The translations under genes were made by a program, and so were the position numbers. 64,000 bases of DNA, from assembly GCA_964019335.1 (NCBI GenBank), contig OZ025658.1, positions 62,001 through 126,000 of the forward strand, read 5' to 3'. Shown here piece after piece: positions 43,214 to 56,921 of the stretch. Positions within the stretch are counted from its first letter, which is position 1, and every line of letters starts with the position of its first letter. Origin of the DNA: Diplonema japonicum. Its lineage: Eukaryota > Protista > Euglenozoa: Diplonemea. The notes beneath the pieces were generated by a model. It ran no database searches. It had not been told where the DNA came from and saw only the letters and a list, made by a program, of their open reading frames with translations.

Positions 43214-43552
43214 CGATCTATTTTTGCGGTGCGCTGGTTGGTGCCCACCGTGGACGGGGGATCCTACACGTGCCTGTCACCATTCTGCGGTTGCATCCTG
43301 GTGCCGGCCGTCGGGGTTTGCCTGTCCGTCATGGACGGCATCTGCGCTAAGAACATCGGTCGCAGTCCCTCCAAATAGGGGGCTGTTTGGGTTGACGAGA
43401 ACAGGGGTCTCTTGTCGTAGCCATGCATCGCTGGTGCGCCCAGGTTTCTCAGGGAGTGTACTCTGGTCATCCTTCTTGCCGGGAAGCCGCTTTTGTTGCC
43501 CTTTGCCGCACATGCTTGCACTCTATTGAGGATGTACCGCAGACGTGCGGCT
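43214..43552 (-). mobile_element. 5'-truncated copy of a sister LINE family in the 3' region of the PAN gene
   Basis: KGNKSGFPARRMTRVHSLRNLGAPAMHGYDKRPLFSS...LEGL...NGDRHV* aligns by eye with the ORF2 C-terminus KGRRAFPAEPSTRVHTLRSIG...GWNRRAIFAS...LEAL...KGDRCR*. Confidence 0.82.
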
Positions 43553-43583
<31 letters not shown>

Positions 43584-43595
43584 CCTTCAACCTCA

Positions 43596-46500
43596 TCATC
43601 GCCGTCGTGTCTTCCTCCTTCTGACAACACCCGCGAAGAGCATCCCAGCAGCAAAGGAGATGGCTATGGAAGGGATAACAAAAGAGAGGCTTGGGTGGTG
43701 CAAGACAGGGGCAGGCTGAGAGGCTGCCTCTGTGGCTGCAACACGGATGGAAACATCATCCCTGATGGTATCATAAAGAGGTGAACTAGGCTTGGCTGAG
43801 ACACTAACAGCAGCAGGTGGCAGGGCGAGTGTGAGCATGACGTGTTCCTTCCATAAAGAAAGCAGCCCGTCAGTTGGTGAGGCTCCTGCTTCGTTCAGCG
43901 ACAGCAGACGCCTCTTGCTCGCTGCGGAGCTTGGCTGCTCATCCACTGGTGCTTCGTCTCCTGTAGGTGGACTGAAGGGACTAGCCCCTTGGACAGGCGC
44001 ACACTCACACTCCGACTCCTCATACACCATCACTGTCACGTCTTCACACACTACCACCACCGCAGGGAAATCTTTTTTCACTTCTTCAACAGGACACAGC
44101 CCCGCCGCCCCCATCGCCACGTTCTGCACATCCCCTTCTACTTTCACGATCAGCATCACGGACATGGTACCATCCTTTACACTGCCTTGCCTCAGCGCCT
44201 GGTACTTCTGCATGGATAAGCTCATTGCAAACCACTGTGAATAAGCAGATAGGCGGCCTATCACATCCCGCCCCTCTGCTATGTTGGACAGCACCACTGG
44301 CAGCACCAACACTGTTGTGTTGCATTGAAAGCCTGCTGAGCCGGTGATACCCAGCAGGCTCGCTTCACGTCGTGGGATAGACGCCGCTGTTTGTTCCTCG
44401 TGCGCTCGAGACGGTTCACTGTGTGTTTCAAGATTCTGCTGCTCGTGGCGTTCATGTTCCGTTGCGGTCTGAACCACTTCCTGTGGTGCCTTCTTGCCTA
44501 CGAAGAGCGGGGGGTCTACGTTGTATCCCTTCAGCGTGCCCAGTGCCTTGCTCGCGAGGTTCCCGTACATCCCAAGTCCTCTCCCGCTGTAGTCCTCGGG
44601 GACTTCCACCGTTGTTTCTAACACCACATTTCCTACATCCACTTGCGTGGCCCTCACGTCGAAGATGATGTACGCGGCTGTGTCAGGAAGGAAGCCGGCA
44701 TACTCCCTACATGAGGTCACGTTGTAGCCAGGCTTGCTGTGCGTCATGCGCATTGTTGAGAACAGCTCGCAGGACTCCTTGGTCCTGGAGAACTGGTACC
44801 CCAAGCAGCCGTCGGTTCTGCTGCACTGCGTCTCGCATGTGGCCACCTGCAAGCAGCCTTCGATGACGTACATTATCTCGCCCCGTGACGTCCCCTCCCT
44901 GCATGCGTACCGCACATCACGCATGGGCTCTTCAATGTCGTATTCACACACAACCTGCCGCCCTCCTTCGATGGGCATCACCTTCCCAGGCCCCGTGTAC
45001 AGCACACACCGCCCTCCCTCACCGTAACTTACTCTGCTGCATTGTTCCGATTTCATGCAGTACTCTTTGCAGGCACCAATGTCGCGTACACCCCTCACGA
45101 CCATCACCCGCCCTGTGCTGGAGGACCACACGAAGCCATCTCTGCACGTGAAAGGCCTTGTTTTGTTTTTCGTTGCACCTGCGAAGGGAGTGAGGGTCTT
45201 GCTGCATGTGATGCCTCCTTCCTCGTTTCGGTACCTGTTGAAGTGTCACAATGGCAGTCTTTGCATACTTTCGCGGTGCGTTGCTATACGACATGATGCA
45301 CTCCCTGGAGAGAAACGAGAAGCCCACACAGCTGGGGGTGTCAGCGCACAGTTCCTGCGTATGGTGGATGGTGGCTGTAACATGCGGCATACCCTGCAAG
45401 CCATGGTGGTGTCCACAGCGCTTGCTACTAAAGAAGATGAATGTGACGGTGACGGCAGTACTTTGTTTCCTTCGCATGTGAAGCCATTGAACAGCTGCGC
45501 TGTCTTCTCAACAGTACAGGACATGACGTCTGCTCGGGGGACTGCACTGGTGTCCTGAGACGCAGATAGAACACACTCGTCGTGGCTATACTGGATGGTG
45601 TTGCAGGCCTTGATTTTCATGCACGCTGCTTCACAGTACCCCACAGTGTGTTCGGCCAGTTCCACAGCAAACAAACGTGAGGTGACACCTGTTCCTTGTC
45701 TGCATTTCCACTTCTTCGTTGTGGACTGTTGCACAAGGTCTTGCTGTAAATTTGTGCGCCTCACACAGCTTGTGAGTTCCTCCCCCAAAACCCCACTCGG
45801 TGTAAAGGCGGGCTGCTGCAGGTATTTTTTCAGCACACAACTGTTCTTGAACGTGTTATAAGTGACGCCCTTGCACTCCATGCGTAGCTTTGAGCACGCA
45901 TCTTGACAGCTGGCTAGACTTTGCGCTTCTGTTTTCAAGATGTCTCTCCCAGAAAGGTCCATCTTGCTTTTGCAATTGTAAGCCGACTCGAGGAACGGAC
46001 GCTGCTCCGACTTTTCACATCTGAGCCCTGTTCCCCACTCTAGAGCTTTCCCAGTCTGCATGAGGCACTCGCCGTTGGCAACAACGAAACCCACGCATGC
46101 CTTCTCCTTGTTGCACTGTCCTTCACAGTCCTGCACATTCGTCTCTGGGGCGTGTTGGTTGCAATGATAGTGCTGCGTCGTGAGAGCTGCGGTTTGCTCC
46201 TTTTGCGTGCCGTCACTGCGCCTCAGGTGCTGCCCCACAACACAGGAGACGCTGCTCTCCGCGTCTACTGTTGTGAAGTTGCCCTTAACGATGCTGCATG
46301 AGCTCCCCTCGTGATGGACTCCCTTGCAGTTCTCGTCAGTCCTGCACAACGCAACGCATCCTGTGGCCGATTGGGCCTCGAACACATGCTGGTCTTCGTG
46401 GTTGTGAGGAATCAACAACGTATCGGAGAAGCAGCTCGCGGTGTGCACTTGCGGGTCTCCAGCAACACAGATCACGTCATCAGAGCCCCCATAAGAGGAC

Positions 46501-49500
46501 ATGGTTACGGCGGCGCCGGGGCCATACAAGCTGCATGTGTCTCCGCTGTACTTTGAGACACCACATCCTGTGACCTTGAGGCATTCTTCCTCACATTCAG
46601 TCGCGTTGGATACTTGCAGAGAGAACAAGGATGATGTTTTCGGCGCGGTAACGTCCCACGCACCGCACGACATGCGCATCTTGCGACTGGCTGCTGGCGA
46701 TTCTTGCCTCAGGATGCACGACACTCCGTTGGCTTTGGCTTCTTTTGCGAAGCCTTCCGCTTCGTACAGTTGACATTTGCCATCCTCATGCTGCACCCCG
46801 CTGCAGGACTCGGTCTGCGAGCAGAAGCGCAGGCATACGTTGATGTCCTGCACGGCATCGAGCTGCGTGATGAACGTGCCGTGCACCGAGAACCACTCAG
46901 ATGTGCAGGAATACTGCTCGTCGGGTAATACCATCGCGCACACAGTGCCATCAGCCCTCCCTAAGCTCACTGCGCCCATTGTTTGTATTACAATACACTT
47001 TTGCGGTGTGTACATGACTGGCAAGCGCATTGATTTTCCAAACTCTAAGCACTCCTCCACGCTGCTTGCCTCCACAGACCGCAACGGCGTGCCGCCCACG
47101 ATCGTTCTTCCCTCCACACATTTGTGGTGCTTTGTTGCGTTGCTGCGGTGCTTGCGGTAACAAATAGTATTGTTACTGGCACGAACGGGTACTTTTATCA
47201 TCGCGCTCCATCCGAAAGCCTCGCACAGTCCTTCGTCGACGGTGTACCCACGGCAGGTGCTGTCTGCTTCACACCATTCGGAGCACTCGCTGCCCTTCGC
47301 TGTCAGTAACACAGTGCTGGGATGCTTCCCAATTTCGCACGTGAATGGTCCTGACAGGCTGTAGGTGCACGCTGTAGTGCCCGGCTGGTCTCGCATTGAT
47401 ACCTCAAAGAAGAAAGCTGTGCACACCGACAACAGCTCGTTGAAGTTCACTGCAGTGCAGTGCGGGGTACCATCGGTACGCAGCTGCAGACAGAACCTTT
47501 TGCAATCTTGCAGCGTGGTGTTGTCCACTTGTACCGTCTCTGCAGTGTCCTCAGCATCGATCGTCTTGTCGCTGTGGCAGCGGAATGCCGTCACCGGTAT
47601 GTGCACGGGGTCTCTGTGCGCCACCACTACTTTAGCATCTGGCACTTCCTTCCACTGAGTGCTGTTTTTCAACCTGACAGCCCATTTGTCCAGCCTGTGC
47701 GGCGGCCTGCCACGTGCTTCCCTTACGGAGCGCGCGTCACCCTCGTTTCGCAGTACATCATCACTCGACAAGGCGATCATCCAGTGCCCTGAGGATGAGA
47801 GGTACAGCGTGCCTCCCTGCTCTGAGGTGTACAGCGGGCGGGCATGGTGGATGGCAGTAGGGTGGAACACGCCCACCACACCATTCACGTCCACGGAAAC
47901 TGACTGTGTGACCTGACCATACTGGGTTGTCTGGCAAACCAAACTCTCACCCGACCGCACCACACCGTCGTGTGTTCTAATATCGCACAGGTGTGTCGTT
48001 GTGTTGTACAGTACCTTCCCGCAAGCAGGCACGCTGTCGCAATGCTCCATGCAGCTGGACACGCTCTCCACGTGCTCGATCACGAACAGTGACCCTCCCT
48101 CTATGTCAGACCCCACTTCGCATAAGTATTTTGTGTTCTCATTGGTTTCTAGTGTTTCTGCACCGTCGGTCCTGGTGGCGTGGCCCTTCGACCGCTTCCA
48201 CATGCCATCTACACGCACCACCCACGAGCCGAACATGTCATGCTTCTTTTGCGATCGTGCCTCCACAGTCCCTGTCTTCATCAACACGTAGTACCCTTCG
48301 CCGTTTAGCTGCAACGTGACGTTCGTGTCGCCAACGAACTGTTCGATGCTACCGTCGACTGCCTTGTACCTGCCAGAGAGGTCAGAACGCTCGGGCAGTG
48401 TGATGTAGAAGACCATGCGCATACACGTTACTGCCGTAAGCGATGAGCGTGACGAGGGGACCGGCGTGCCTGTGGACAGCTTGCAGGTGTACCCATCGTG
48501 CTCTGCAGCAGTGCAGCTAGGAATCTTCCCGCACTCCAAGATGCACTCCTCTGAAGTGGGGATGTTTGAGTACGTTGTGATCTCCTCGCTGGAATGGCTC
48601 CCATTCACGCAGTGGAAGGACTTCCCGACCCACATGCTTCTCGTCGCCAAGGACTCAGCCTTGTACGGCTTGTTTCTGAAGGCGTCACGTTTGCAAGACA
48701 CGTCCTGTGAGTTCCTCAAACTTACCTCTGCCACCACGCTGCGTAGGATGCATGACCTGCGTGGCGTATAGCTGGCCACACTGCAGCCCTTTACAGATGC
48801 GCAGAGGCTCATGCAGTGGTCGAGGGAATCAACGTTTGGTGTGATCTGCAAGTCACCCCCCACGTACCCTGTGTTGTTCGAGCAAACGTATTCGTGGTCA
48901 GTTTCAAGCACGATGCTTGAGAGACAAGCTCTTGTGCTGCTGTCGGTGGTCACCTCGATGGTTTGGCTGTCGTACAGGTTGCACCTGAGTTCTTCTGCTG
49001 AGAAGATAAACGCTTTGCACTCTTTTTTGAGGCGCGTGCAGTACAGCCTGCAGAGGTCAGCTGTGGTGATGTAATGCAGCGTGAGGAGTGGTGTGTTGTA
49101 GATAGTGGAGTTCGGGAAGCACTTGTACCCGTCGTCATCGGTGGCCACGGTAGCGCTCAGAGAGCACGACACTGTTCCCTGTGACGGGTGCTTGCCTGTT
49201 GCGCCTGTACGAAGGTCGCACCTTTTATCGTGCCACGTCACAGTCCTACATTCTGGGATGAAGTTGCAATGCGCCCTGCACATGTCGACACTGCTTACCT
49301 CCTCCACAGTGACCAGTGTCCCTCCCTCGTACTCTACATCTTCATCACAGTGGAAAATGGGGTCCTTCAGTGCTCCCTGTTCACCCCTCGCCTTCCAGCA
49401 CCACAGAACCTGCGAAGAGGAAACAGCATAACCCGCCTCCGCCTTGTCGTAAAGGTCGCAGTTGTTGTTGATATAGCCAATGGAGGAGCACGTGGGGACC

Positions 49501-52500
49501 ATGTCGCAGTGCTCCATGCATGCCAGCACCGACTGGGTGCTCTCGACCGTCATAAGCGGCGACCCTGTGATGCCCGATATGCTGCATGAGTACTTCTCGC
49601 TGACTGTTTCCTCCCTTAGCGGCATGCCGTCCGTGCTCCTTGGGCGGCAAAGCACCGACTCGACGTTGCTCGGCACCACCTTGGCAGACTGGGAGTACAG
49701 CGAACAAGTATTACCCGTCAGCTGCAAGGCGGCACAGCTGCCAGAGTCGATGCAGAGCTCCTTGCAACGCGACAACTTGGCTTTGCCCTGAGAGCTGTCT
49801 AGTGAGATTGAGAAAAGGTGGCCTTCCGTGAGCTCCGACAGCACAGTGTCGCATGTAACATTCCAATGATCGGCACGGATGCTCCTCTGGGGCGCAGGGG
49901 GGACCCATGTTTCCCTTACGCATGTTGTCACGTTTGCTGACTGGAAAGTGCTCAGGACAGCTTGCGCTGATTTCAGTGTGCATTCTTTGCTGCCCAAGCT
50001 GTACATCACACCCATGCATTCTGGTATCTCAGAGCACTTCCCTAGGCATAGGTCACCCGTATCGACACCAACCGCACGGAACAGCTCGCCCCCAACCAAA
50101 TCGTTGTTGTTGCATTTAAAAGACCCGTAGTACACCTTGACAGGTCCCTTTGCCAGGCGCGTGCAGGCGAAAGACTGCTGTTCAGACACTGTGGCCGACA
50201 AGACAGCCTCCTTACCTGAGAGGATGCATGCGTCGGCTGTGAAGGTAATGCTTGTACAGTCGGGGTGGGCGTCCTCACAGTGGGTCTCGCATTGGGACAG
50301 GGAAGCCACTTTCTCAATGACTACAAGCTCAGATCCTGTGTAGGCACTATTCTGGTGGCATGTGAAGGAAGGTGTAGGTGCCAGTGCGAGGGATCGTAGG
50401 CAGATCAGCATGAGCTCGTCTACACCTTGGACAACGCTGCTGTCAGCGGAGTACAGCTCGCAGCTCTGCTTTGCTTTAGAATACCCGACTCCTGTGCACG
50501 TGCTGACCTCAGTGCACCGCACCTCACACTCTTCAAGTGAATCGACCTCATCGAAAGAGAGCAGCCGGCCATCCTCCGTGAGGGCTACGCCAGGGAGACA
50601 CCCAAAGCGTGACACTCCTGCTGTCTTCACCACCTTCTTGCATATGCGTCCCTCTCCCGTGTATACAGCGTACACATCTGAGCTGTCCAGCAACGTGCAT
50701 TCACCCTTCCTGTACAGTGCTGTCCTACACAGCGACATTTCGTCACACCTCTCGTTGCACTCCTTAAGTGGAATGTTTTGAATTGTGAAAAGCTCGTTGC
50801 CTTTGATGCTCTTCCCATCCCACTCCTCGCAAGTGGGTGCGGGCACGGATGCCTTGCGCCCTTTATGCAGGCAAACAACCTGCCCAGCTACGCTCTTTTG
50901 CTGCACAACACCGGTATGGTCTTTCAAGCTACAGGTCTTCGTAAAAGTGCAAAACACTACAGCAACGCATGTCTGGACTTCATCACACATGGTTTGGCAG
51001 GTCTCCACTCCAGATAGGTCGTCCACAGAGACAATGTCGCCACCCATAAATGAAATTGTCTCGCTGCATTGAAACTCAGCAGCCTCGCTACCAGGTCTCA
51101 CATTGTGCTTGGTGCATGTCACGCAAGCAGCGTCGTCGTGAGTCTTGTCGCTGCGTTTGGAGAGTTTACAGACAGACTGGGTATGCTCCCAAGACACCGC
51201 CATGCAGGAAGAATCAGCAGAGCATGCATCGAGGCATGCAGAGGAAGTTGACGCACTGGCGTACGGTTTCAAAGCGTCCACTGCAACACCAGGCACACAA
51301 GAATACATAGATTGAGGCATCCCCGATAACCTGATGGTAGGCTTCGCGCAGAGCACCGTACTTGCCGTTTGTGCCTTCACGACTGCTGCGTTGATGGAAA
51401 TCAGAGTGCACGTCGTGCCATCATGCACTACAGCAGCGCATGTCGGTGTGTTGCTGCACTTCATTTGGCACGCCTGCATACCAGACAACTCACTCAGCAG
51501 CCCGCCTCCAATGGCCATGTTCCCCACGGTGCAGTTGTACAGCTCGTTCATCGTTCCCCTTGGGCGGTAGCATGACACAGCGTCCTCTGCTTCAACCTTC
51601 AAAGCACTCCCCACGGGCTTCAACAAACACTCCCCGTTACTGCGGTACACCACAGCTTCACAGTTCTTCTCAACACGCGAGCACTGATGCTGGCACATTT
51701 CGACGGAGGGTATCTTGTCGAGCACCAGAGTCGAGACTCCTTCGTACTTCATACCCGCCTCGCAGATGTAGTGCGCTGAGTGCGGTGCTGCTTTTTGGCG
51801 CATGCAGGAGACCACATCATCGGTGGGCACCCTGTGGAGAGAATCGCCAGTGAGGAGAGTGCAAGTGAGTGCTGAGTATGTCATTGCTGTACAAGTGAGG
51901 ACCTTAGAGCATGCCTGGAGACACGCATCAGGCGACTGCGGGTTGTCTATAGAGAAGAGTTCCTCACCGCCGACGACCCTTCCTACTTCACACCTAAAAT
52001 GCGGTATGGGTATCAGTTCTCTGATTGCCATCACAGCTCGGTTTCCGCCTTGTTCAGACATGACCTTACCTTTTGTGGTTTTGATGGTTGCGACAAGACC
52101 CTCGCCGTCCCCACCCAGGATCCGTGCCTGTCTGGCATCGCTGCCAGGGTGCGTCACATGGATGCTGAGCTCGTTCGCAGGTACGCCACTCGCTGTTGAG
52201 ACCGTCTGCACGAACGTTTCGTGTATTGCGTTGAACTGTTCCTCGTTCAGTCCGGGGAGTGCAACCGTCAAGTCGAACCTCGTCTTACCACCGCCCTCAT
52301 CGACACTAACATCCACATTTGTTGATGGTATGCAGGACCTGCCGTCTGGCTGCAGTTCATACCCCGACCGGCAGTGGCAGGAATATGACCCCAAAGTGTT
52401 CCTGCACAACTGTGCGCACGGCTTTAGTTCACATTCATCGATATCTTCGCAACCCTCCGCAGTGAAGGACAGCTCGTGGCAGACAGCCCTGGGGGGGATT

Positions 52501-55500
52501 AGCGGGGTGCTGCGCTTCCAACCTAAAGCGCAGGAAACAGTTCCGACGGCTAGTGTTGTCGTGCCCGCAGGGGTTTCAAATACGTAACCAGCAGGCGTAC
52601 CCGGTGTGCAATGATTCTCGCTGCAAGAAGGTGCTATGCTAAAGGCGCCGTTCCTGCACATCACTGGAACACCCACACCGTTGCACTTGTGCCCAGGTGT
52701 CGACTCCCATATACATGTCTCGTCATGGGACACGATGCCCCCAGGCAGGCAGGATGGTTCAGATGACGTAATGCCTAAAGCAGGAACGGTGCACCCTGCA
52801 CGCTGGCATGTAGTGGTGCCGGTAAACCTCCCGGCCTGGCACACCTCAATCGACAATGGTGGTGTACAAGCCCATCCTGGCAGCGCGTAAAATACGCAAG
52901 ATCTCCCTTCACGTACCCTTCCGGGGCATGGTGTGCCCGTCCCCTGCATCGCCGTAACACAGTCCTTGTAGCAAGACGTGTCGCCCCCGCTGGCATCGTC
53001 ACCAGCAAGCTTCCATGTACCGCTAGAGCACGTGATGCATTTGTGACGTTGCACGTGTTCTCCTTCGTTGCACTTAATGGGCTCTGGTATGGTACTTGCA
53101 CCCACAGGGTTGTCACCTCCCGGACACCTCGTCCCAGGCTGGCACGGAACACACCTGTGCTTCTGAACATGCTCGTTTTCTTTGCAATACACCAGCTCGC
53201 ACGATGTATCGCCATCAGCAGGATAGACCTCAGCACGGGTGACGAGGCCAACGGGGCATCGCACGCAGCGGTATTTGAAAGCAAAGAAGTTTCTGGGGCA
53301 CACAATCTTTGTACATGTCGTGTCGACACCTGAGACGAGGTCCCCCCCTGGGCGCTGGTAGCCAGGTGCACAGCTCGAGCAGCAGTTGTTGCGAACGTGC
53401 TGGTTCAGCCCACACCTGGCGGACCCTGTCGTGCAGTCAGCACGGTCTGTTGCTTTCCACCCCGAGCACGACTTGCAGTAACACACCCAATCACCCAAGC
53501 TCTGGTGATTCGTGTCAGGGTCGATGCAAACCTGGCCCCCCCCACATGCAGCCCCGCCAACGCCTGCACATGAGGGGCATGCAGTGTTGCACTCGTCCAG
53601 AATGCAACTTGGAACCCTTGCCAAGGCAGAACTGGGCACCGCTGGGGGCGGGCACACGCAGTGCCAGTCACCTAAACTGTTCGCAGACATGTCAGGATCC
53701 TTGCATTCCAAACCACTGCTCGCACACTCATCACCTCCTCCACACAGAGCACCCACGGCACCATGGACCGAGTTCGAACACTCATCCACATAGCACACAG
53801 CCGCACGGGACTTTCCAACTTCACCAGTTTGGGATCCTTTGCAAGCGCACTGCCACGTACCTTCCGTCTTTTTGTCATAATCGTGGCAAAGCTGTCCCAC
53901 AGGGCATGCATGGGTTCGTGTCACGCACTCGTCTTCTAGGCTACAGTCCAGCAAACTCGTGCCCCACTGTCCACGCTCATCGCATATTCTTGCAGCCACC
54001 TGAGATGAATACCCCGTGTCGCACGTCACTTCAGCGACGGTGCCCTCCGTTCTGACATTTCTATTGTACGACATAGTGCCGTGCTTCACAGGAGGGTGCT
54101 CCAGACACACGATCAAGTTGCATGCAGGGACATCACCTTCCCACCCAGAGTCACCGCACGTCAGTGTCGACCACTTGGACAGTGAGTATCCGTTGTTGCA
54201 CCAGAAGGAGGCTGAGGATCCCAGTGCACGAGCACCCTCACCGTCCCCTGAGGAGTAGGACACTACACCATAGTCAATAGACAGTACCTTGCACCTGGCC
54301 CGGATACAGGTTGGCGACTGGCTGGACCAGACCCCATCCGTGCAGACACGGATCATCTGGCTAGTCAGCGGGAAGGAAGGAACGAAACCCGAGTGGCATG
54401 CAAAGGAGGCTTCGCTGTATTCCTCGCGCGTGTCATACCCCAGGTCGGGGTTGCGAGAGTAGGTCACAGTGCCGTGCGGGAGATTGAGTACAGAGCACGT
54501 CAATATGTCGCAGACAGGTGTGGAGGATGTCCACGTCCCGTCGCTCTGGCAAGTCTGCGTCGCCGACATCGACACCTGTGTGCCCCTGTTGCAGGTCACC
54601 GTCAGCACAGTCCCTGGTTTTCTGTTGTTCTTACTATACGATACCCTGCCGCGGGGCACAACTACAGCGGGACACCTTACTTTCGATTTTCTATTGCGTC
54701 CACTGCCCTGCGCTACAACACTGCTCTGGACGATGCACAGCGTGGACTGCATGGTGGGATCCTCGTCTTGAAGGCTCACGTCGGCGCTGTCTTTGAGAAT
54801 ACAGACTTTGTCCCACACACGGTGCACAAATGATTCACAGCTAGGTGTTCCGCGGCAGTATGCTTTGCAGGAGTCCAGGTCGGCCGAACCGTCTATCGTG
54901 AAGATGTCGTTCCCTGTAGCAGTGGAGTCCGAGACACACCCGAACTCCTGTGTGGTAGGTTCCGCCTCGTCTTGTGACACAATAGTGGCCATCTTCTCGC
55001 AGGTCACCGACTGCTTGACGGGGTCCACGTCCTCGTACACTTCGGGGAGCTTTGTCTTCAAGTCGCATGTCTTGCATGCCCCGTACTTGGGGATGGGGCT
55101 TGGGTTGGGGTTGAATGATGGACACGCAGCACGGTGCACAACCCCGACACAAGCGGACACTAAATTGCAGTGAGCTTGGCAAGTACTGAGCTCGGGCACA
55201 TTGATAACCCGAAAAAGAGTATGGGCGCGAGCCCCTGTGTCTGATTCACATTCGTATTGGATCTTGGTATGTCCACGGGATGTGCGGGGTTTGCCTAAAG
55301 TAGTGGCAAGGCGGCCAGTCGCGACGTCAGAAGCCGACGCGTGTACCTTGAGGCAGGTAAAGGCCTCTGCATCGTGCGTCATGATGTCGATCTTGTCTCG
55401 TAGCTGGCATCTGCCTAGCTTGAAGACAACAGCAATGCAAACGTCTATTTTGTCGCAGTAGGTAGTGCACTCACCTGCAGACGTGGCACCTTCGACCTCA

Positions 55501-56636
55501 GACAGCGAGTCGCCTTCGAAGCGAATGCCACCCTCGCACCGGTAGCCACGCTGCTCCTCGCTGGTGATGGAGGTGGCCGACACGTCTGACGGGAGCCGTT
55601 TGCATGACTCGGCATTGGCGTTCGTCTCCACCGAATGGTAAAAGGACTTCAAAACACAAGTGTCGCGAATGAGAACAGCAGCGACGCACTCCGCTATTTT
55701 CGAACATTCCCGTTGGCAGGTTGCCATGCCCCTCGTCCGCTCGATCTTGACCAGGTCGCCTCCCTTCAACCTGATGTTGTACTCACACTCGTACCGTTCT
55801 TCCGGCTCTATACTGTCTCGCCTCTCGGAAACGCTTGCTGTTCCTGTCGAAGGGTTCCTGACGCAAGAGGTCTGCCCGACGGCCACCCGCCTCGGAGAGA
55901 GGAAGGACTTCAAATGGCATTCCCGCACAGCTTGGGAATACGTGACTCCAAGGCAACTCGCTGTCTTCGAGCATCGGAACTGGCACTCTGGTAACGTGGA
56001 CGTCTCTGTCGTGAGCAGCATGGTACCTTCCTCATGAGCGGTGTCTTGGTAACATTTGAATTCGGAGGGATCGGGCCGGCCCGCTATTGTTCTCTCCACT
56101 ACTACCCTACAGGTGGTGTATCCCAACGCAGGTAGCGTGGTTACATAGTCCGATTTGCTGAAGAAGATTCGAAGCTGGCAGTGCTGTCGGCCTTTGTTTT
56201 GAAACACTACACTTTCACATCCTTCGAACGCTTCGCACTTCGAGAGGCAAGCGGGTAGATCCATGCGGTACCCGCTGTACTCTGTCAGGAGGAGCCCTGG
56301 GTTGTTCTTGTGCAACACGCACTCCCAGTCCTTTTTGGTGGGGGTTTGGTAGCATGCCTCGCTGTTAGCCTTCTCGTCTACTTTTATCCTTGAAGCCTGT
56401 TTGAGGGTACAGACCCCGTTCTCCACCTGTCCCACCGTGCACATGTGTGTCTTTTCGCATTCGCTCCAACAGTTTACAGGGTTTGTAGACGATATTTCCC
56501 CAATTACATCTCCTGCAATGGCGGACCCTTCCCAGCATGTAAAGGACCGTGGGGTGACACCTGATGCCTTGACACTGGCAACAAAACAGCTTGTGGTGCT
56601 GATGATGAGAAGCCAGGCTGTCCTACGCCGCGACAT
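43596..56636 (-). CDS. Giant type I membrane protein with PAN/Apple repeats plus Sushi/CCP, EGF/cbEGF and Cys-rich repeats (~4322 aa)
   Basis: Two GTATGC-CAG introns (45355-45392, 38 nt; 45235-45268, 34 nt) join ORFs 45246-56636 and 43596-45131 and rebuild a PAN domain. Signal peptide; cbEGF CEDIDEC...; C-terminal TM followed by RRRKTRRR. Confidence 0.88.
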
Positions 56637-56778
56637 TTTTTTTTTTCCCCCTCTCCTCTCCTTCTTTTTTTCTTTTTTCTTTTTTTTTTTGAATTCATTT
56701 TGTTATGTTTTGGGGAGTGTGCGGTAATATGATGATTTCCCCCTCTTTTCCTTGACCAAAAAAAAAAAAAAGAAAATT

Positions 56779-56887
56779 TTATTTCGCAACCTTCTTTGTG
56801 CTCACGGTTTTTCTCTTCTTCTTCTCACCCGCCCCGTCCTTTTCGAGGAATCTCTTGCGCATTGCAGCGAGTTTTGGATTGCGGCGG

Positions 56888-56921
<34 letters not shown>

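Noticed and set aside
45246-45248. In-frame TGA suggesting readthrough, selenocysteine or a pseudogene
   Set aside because: It lies inside a canonical 34-nt intron; splicing restores a PAN domain.
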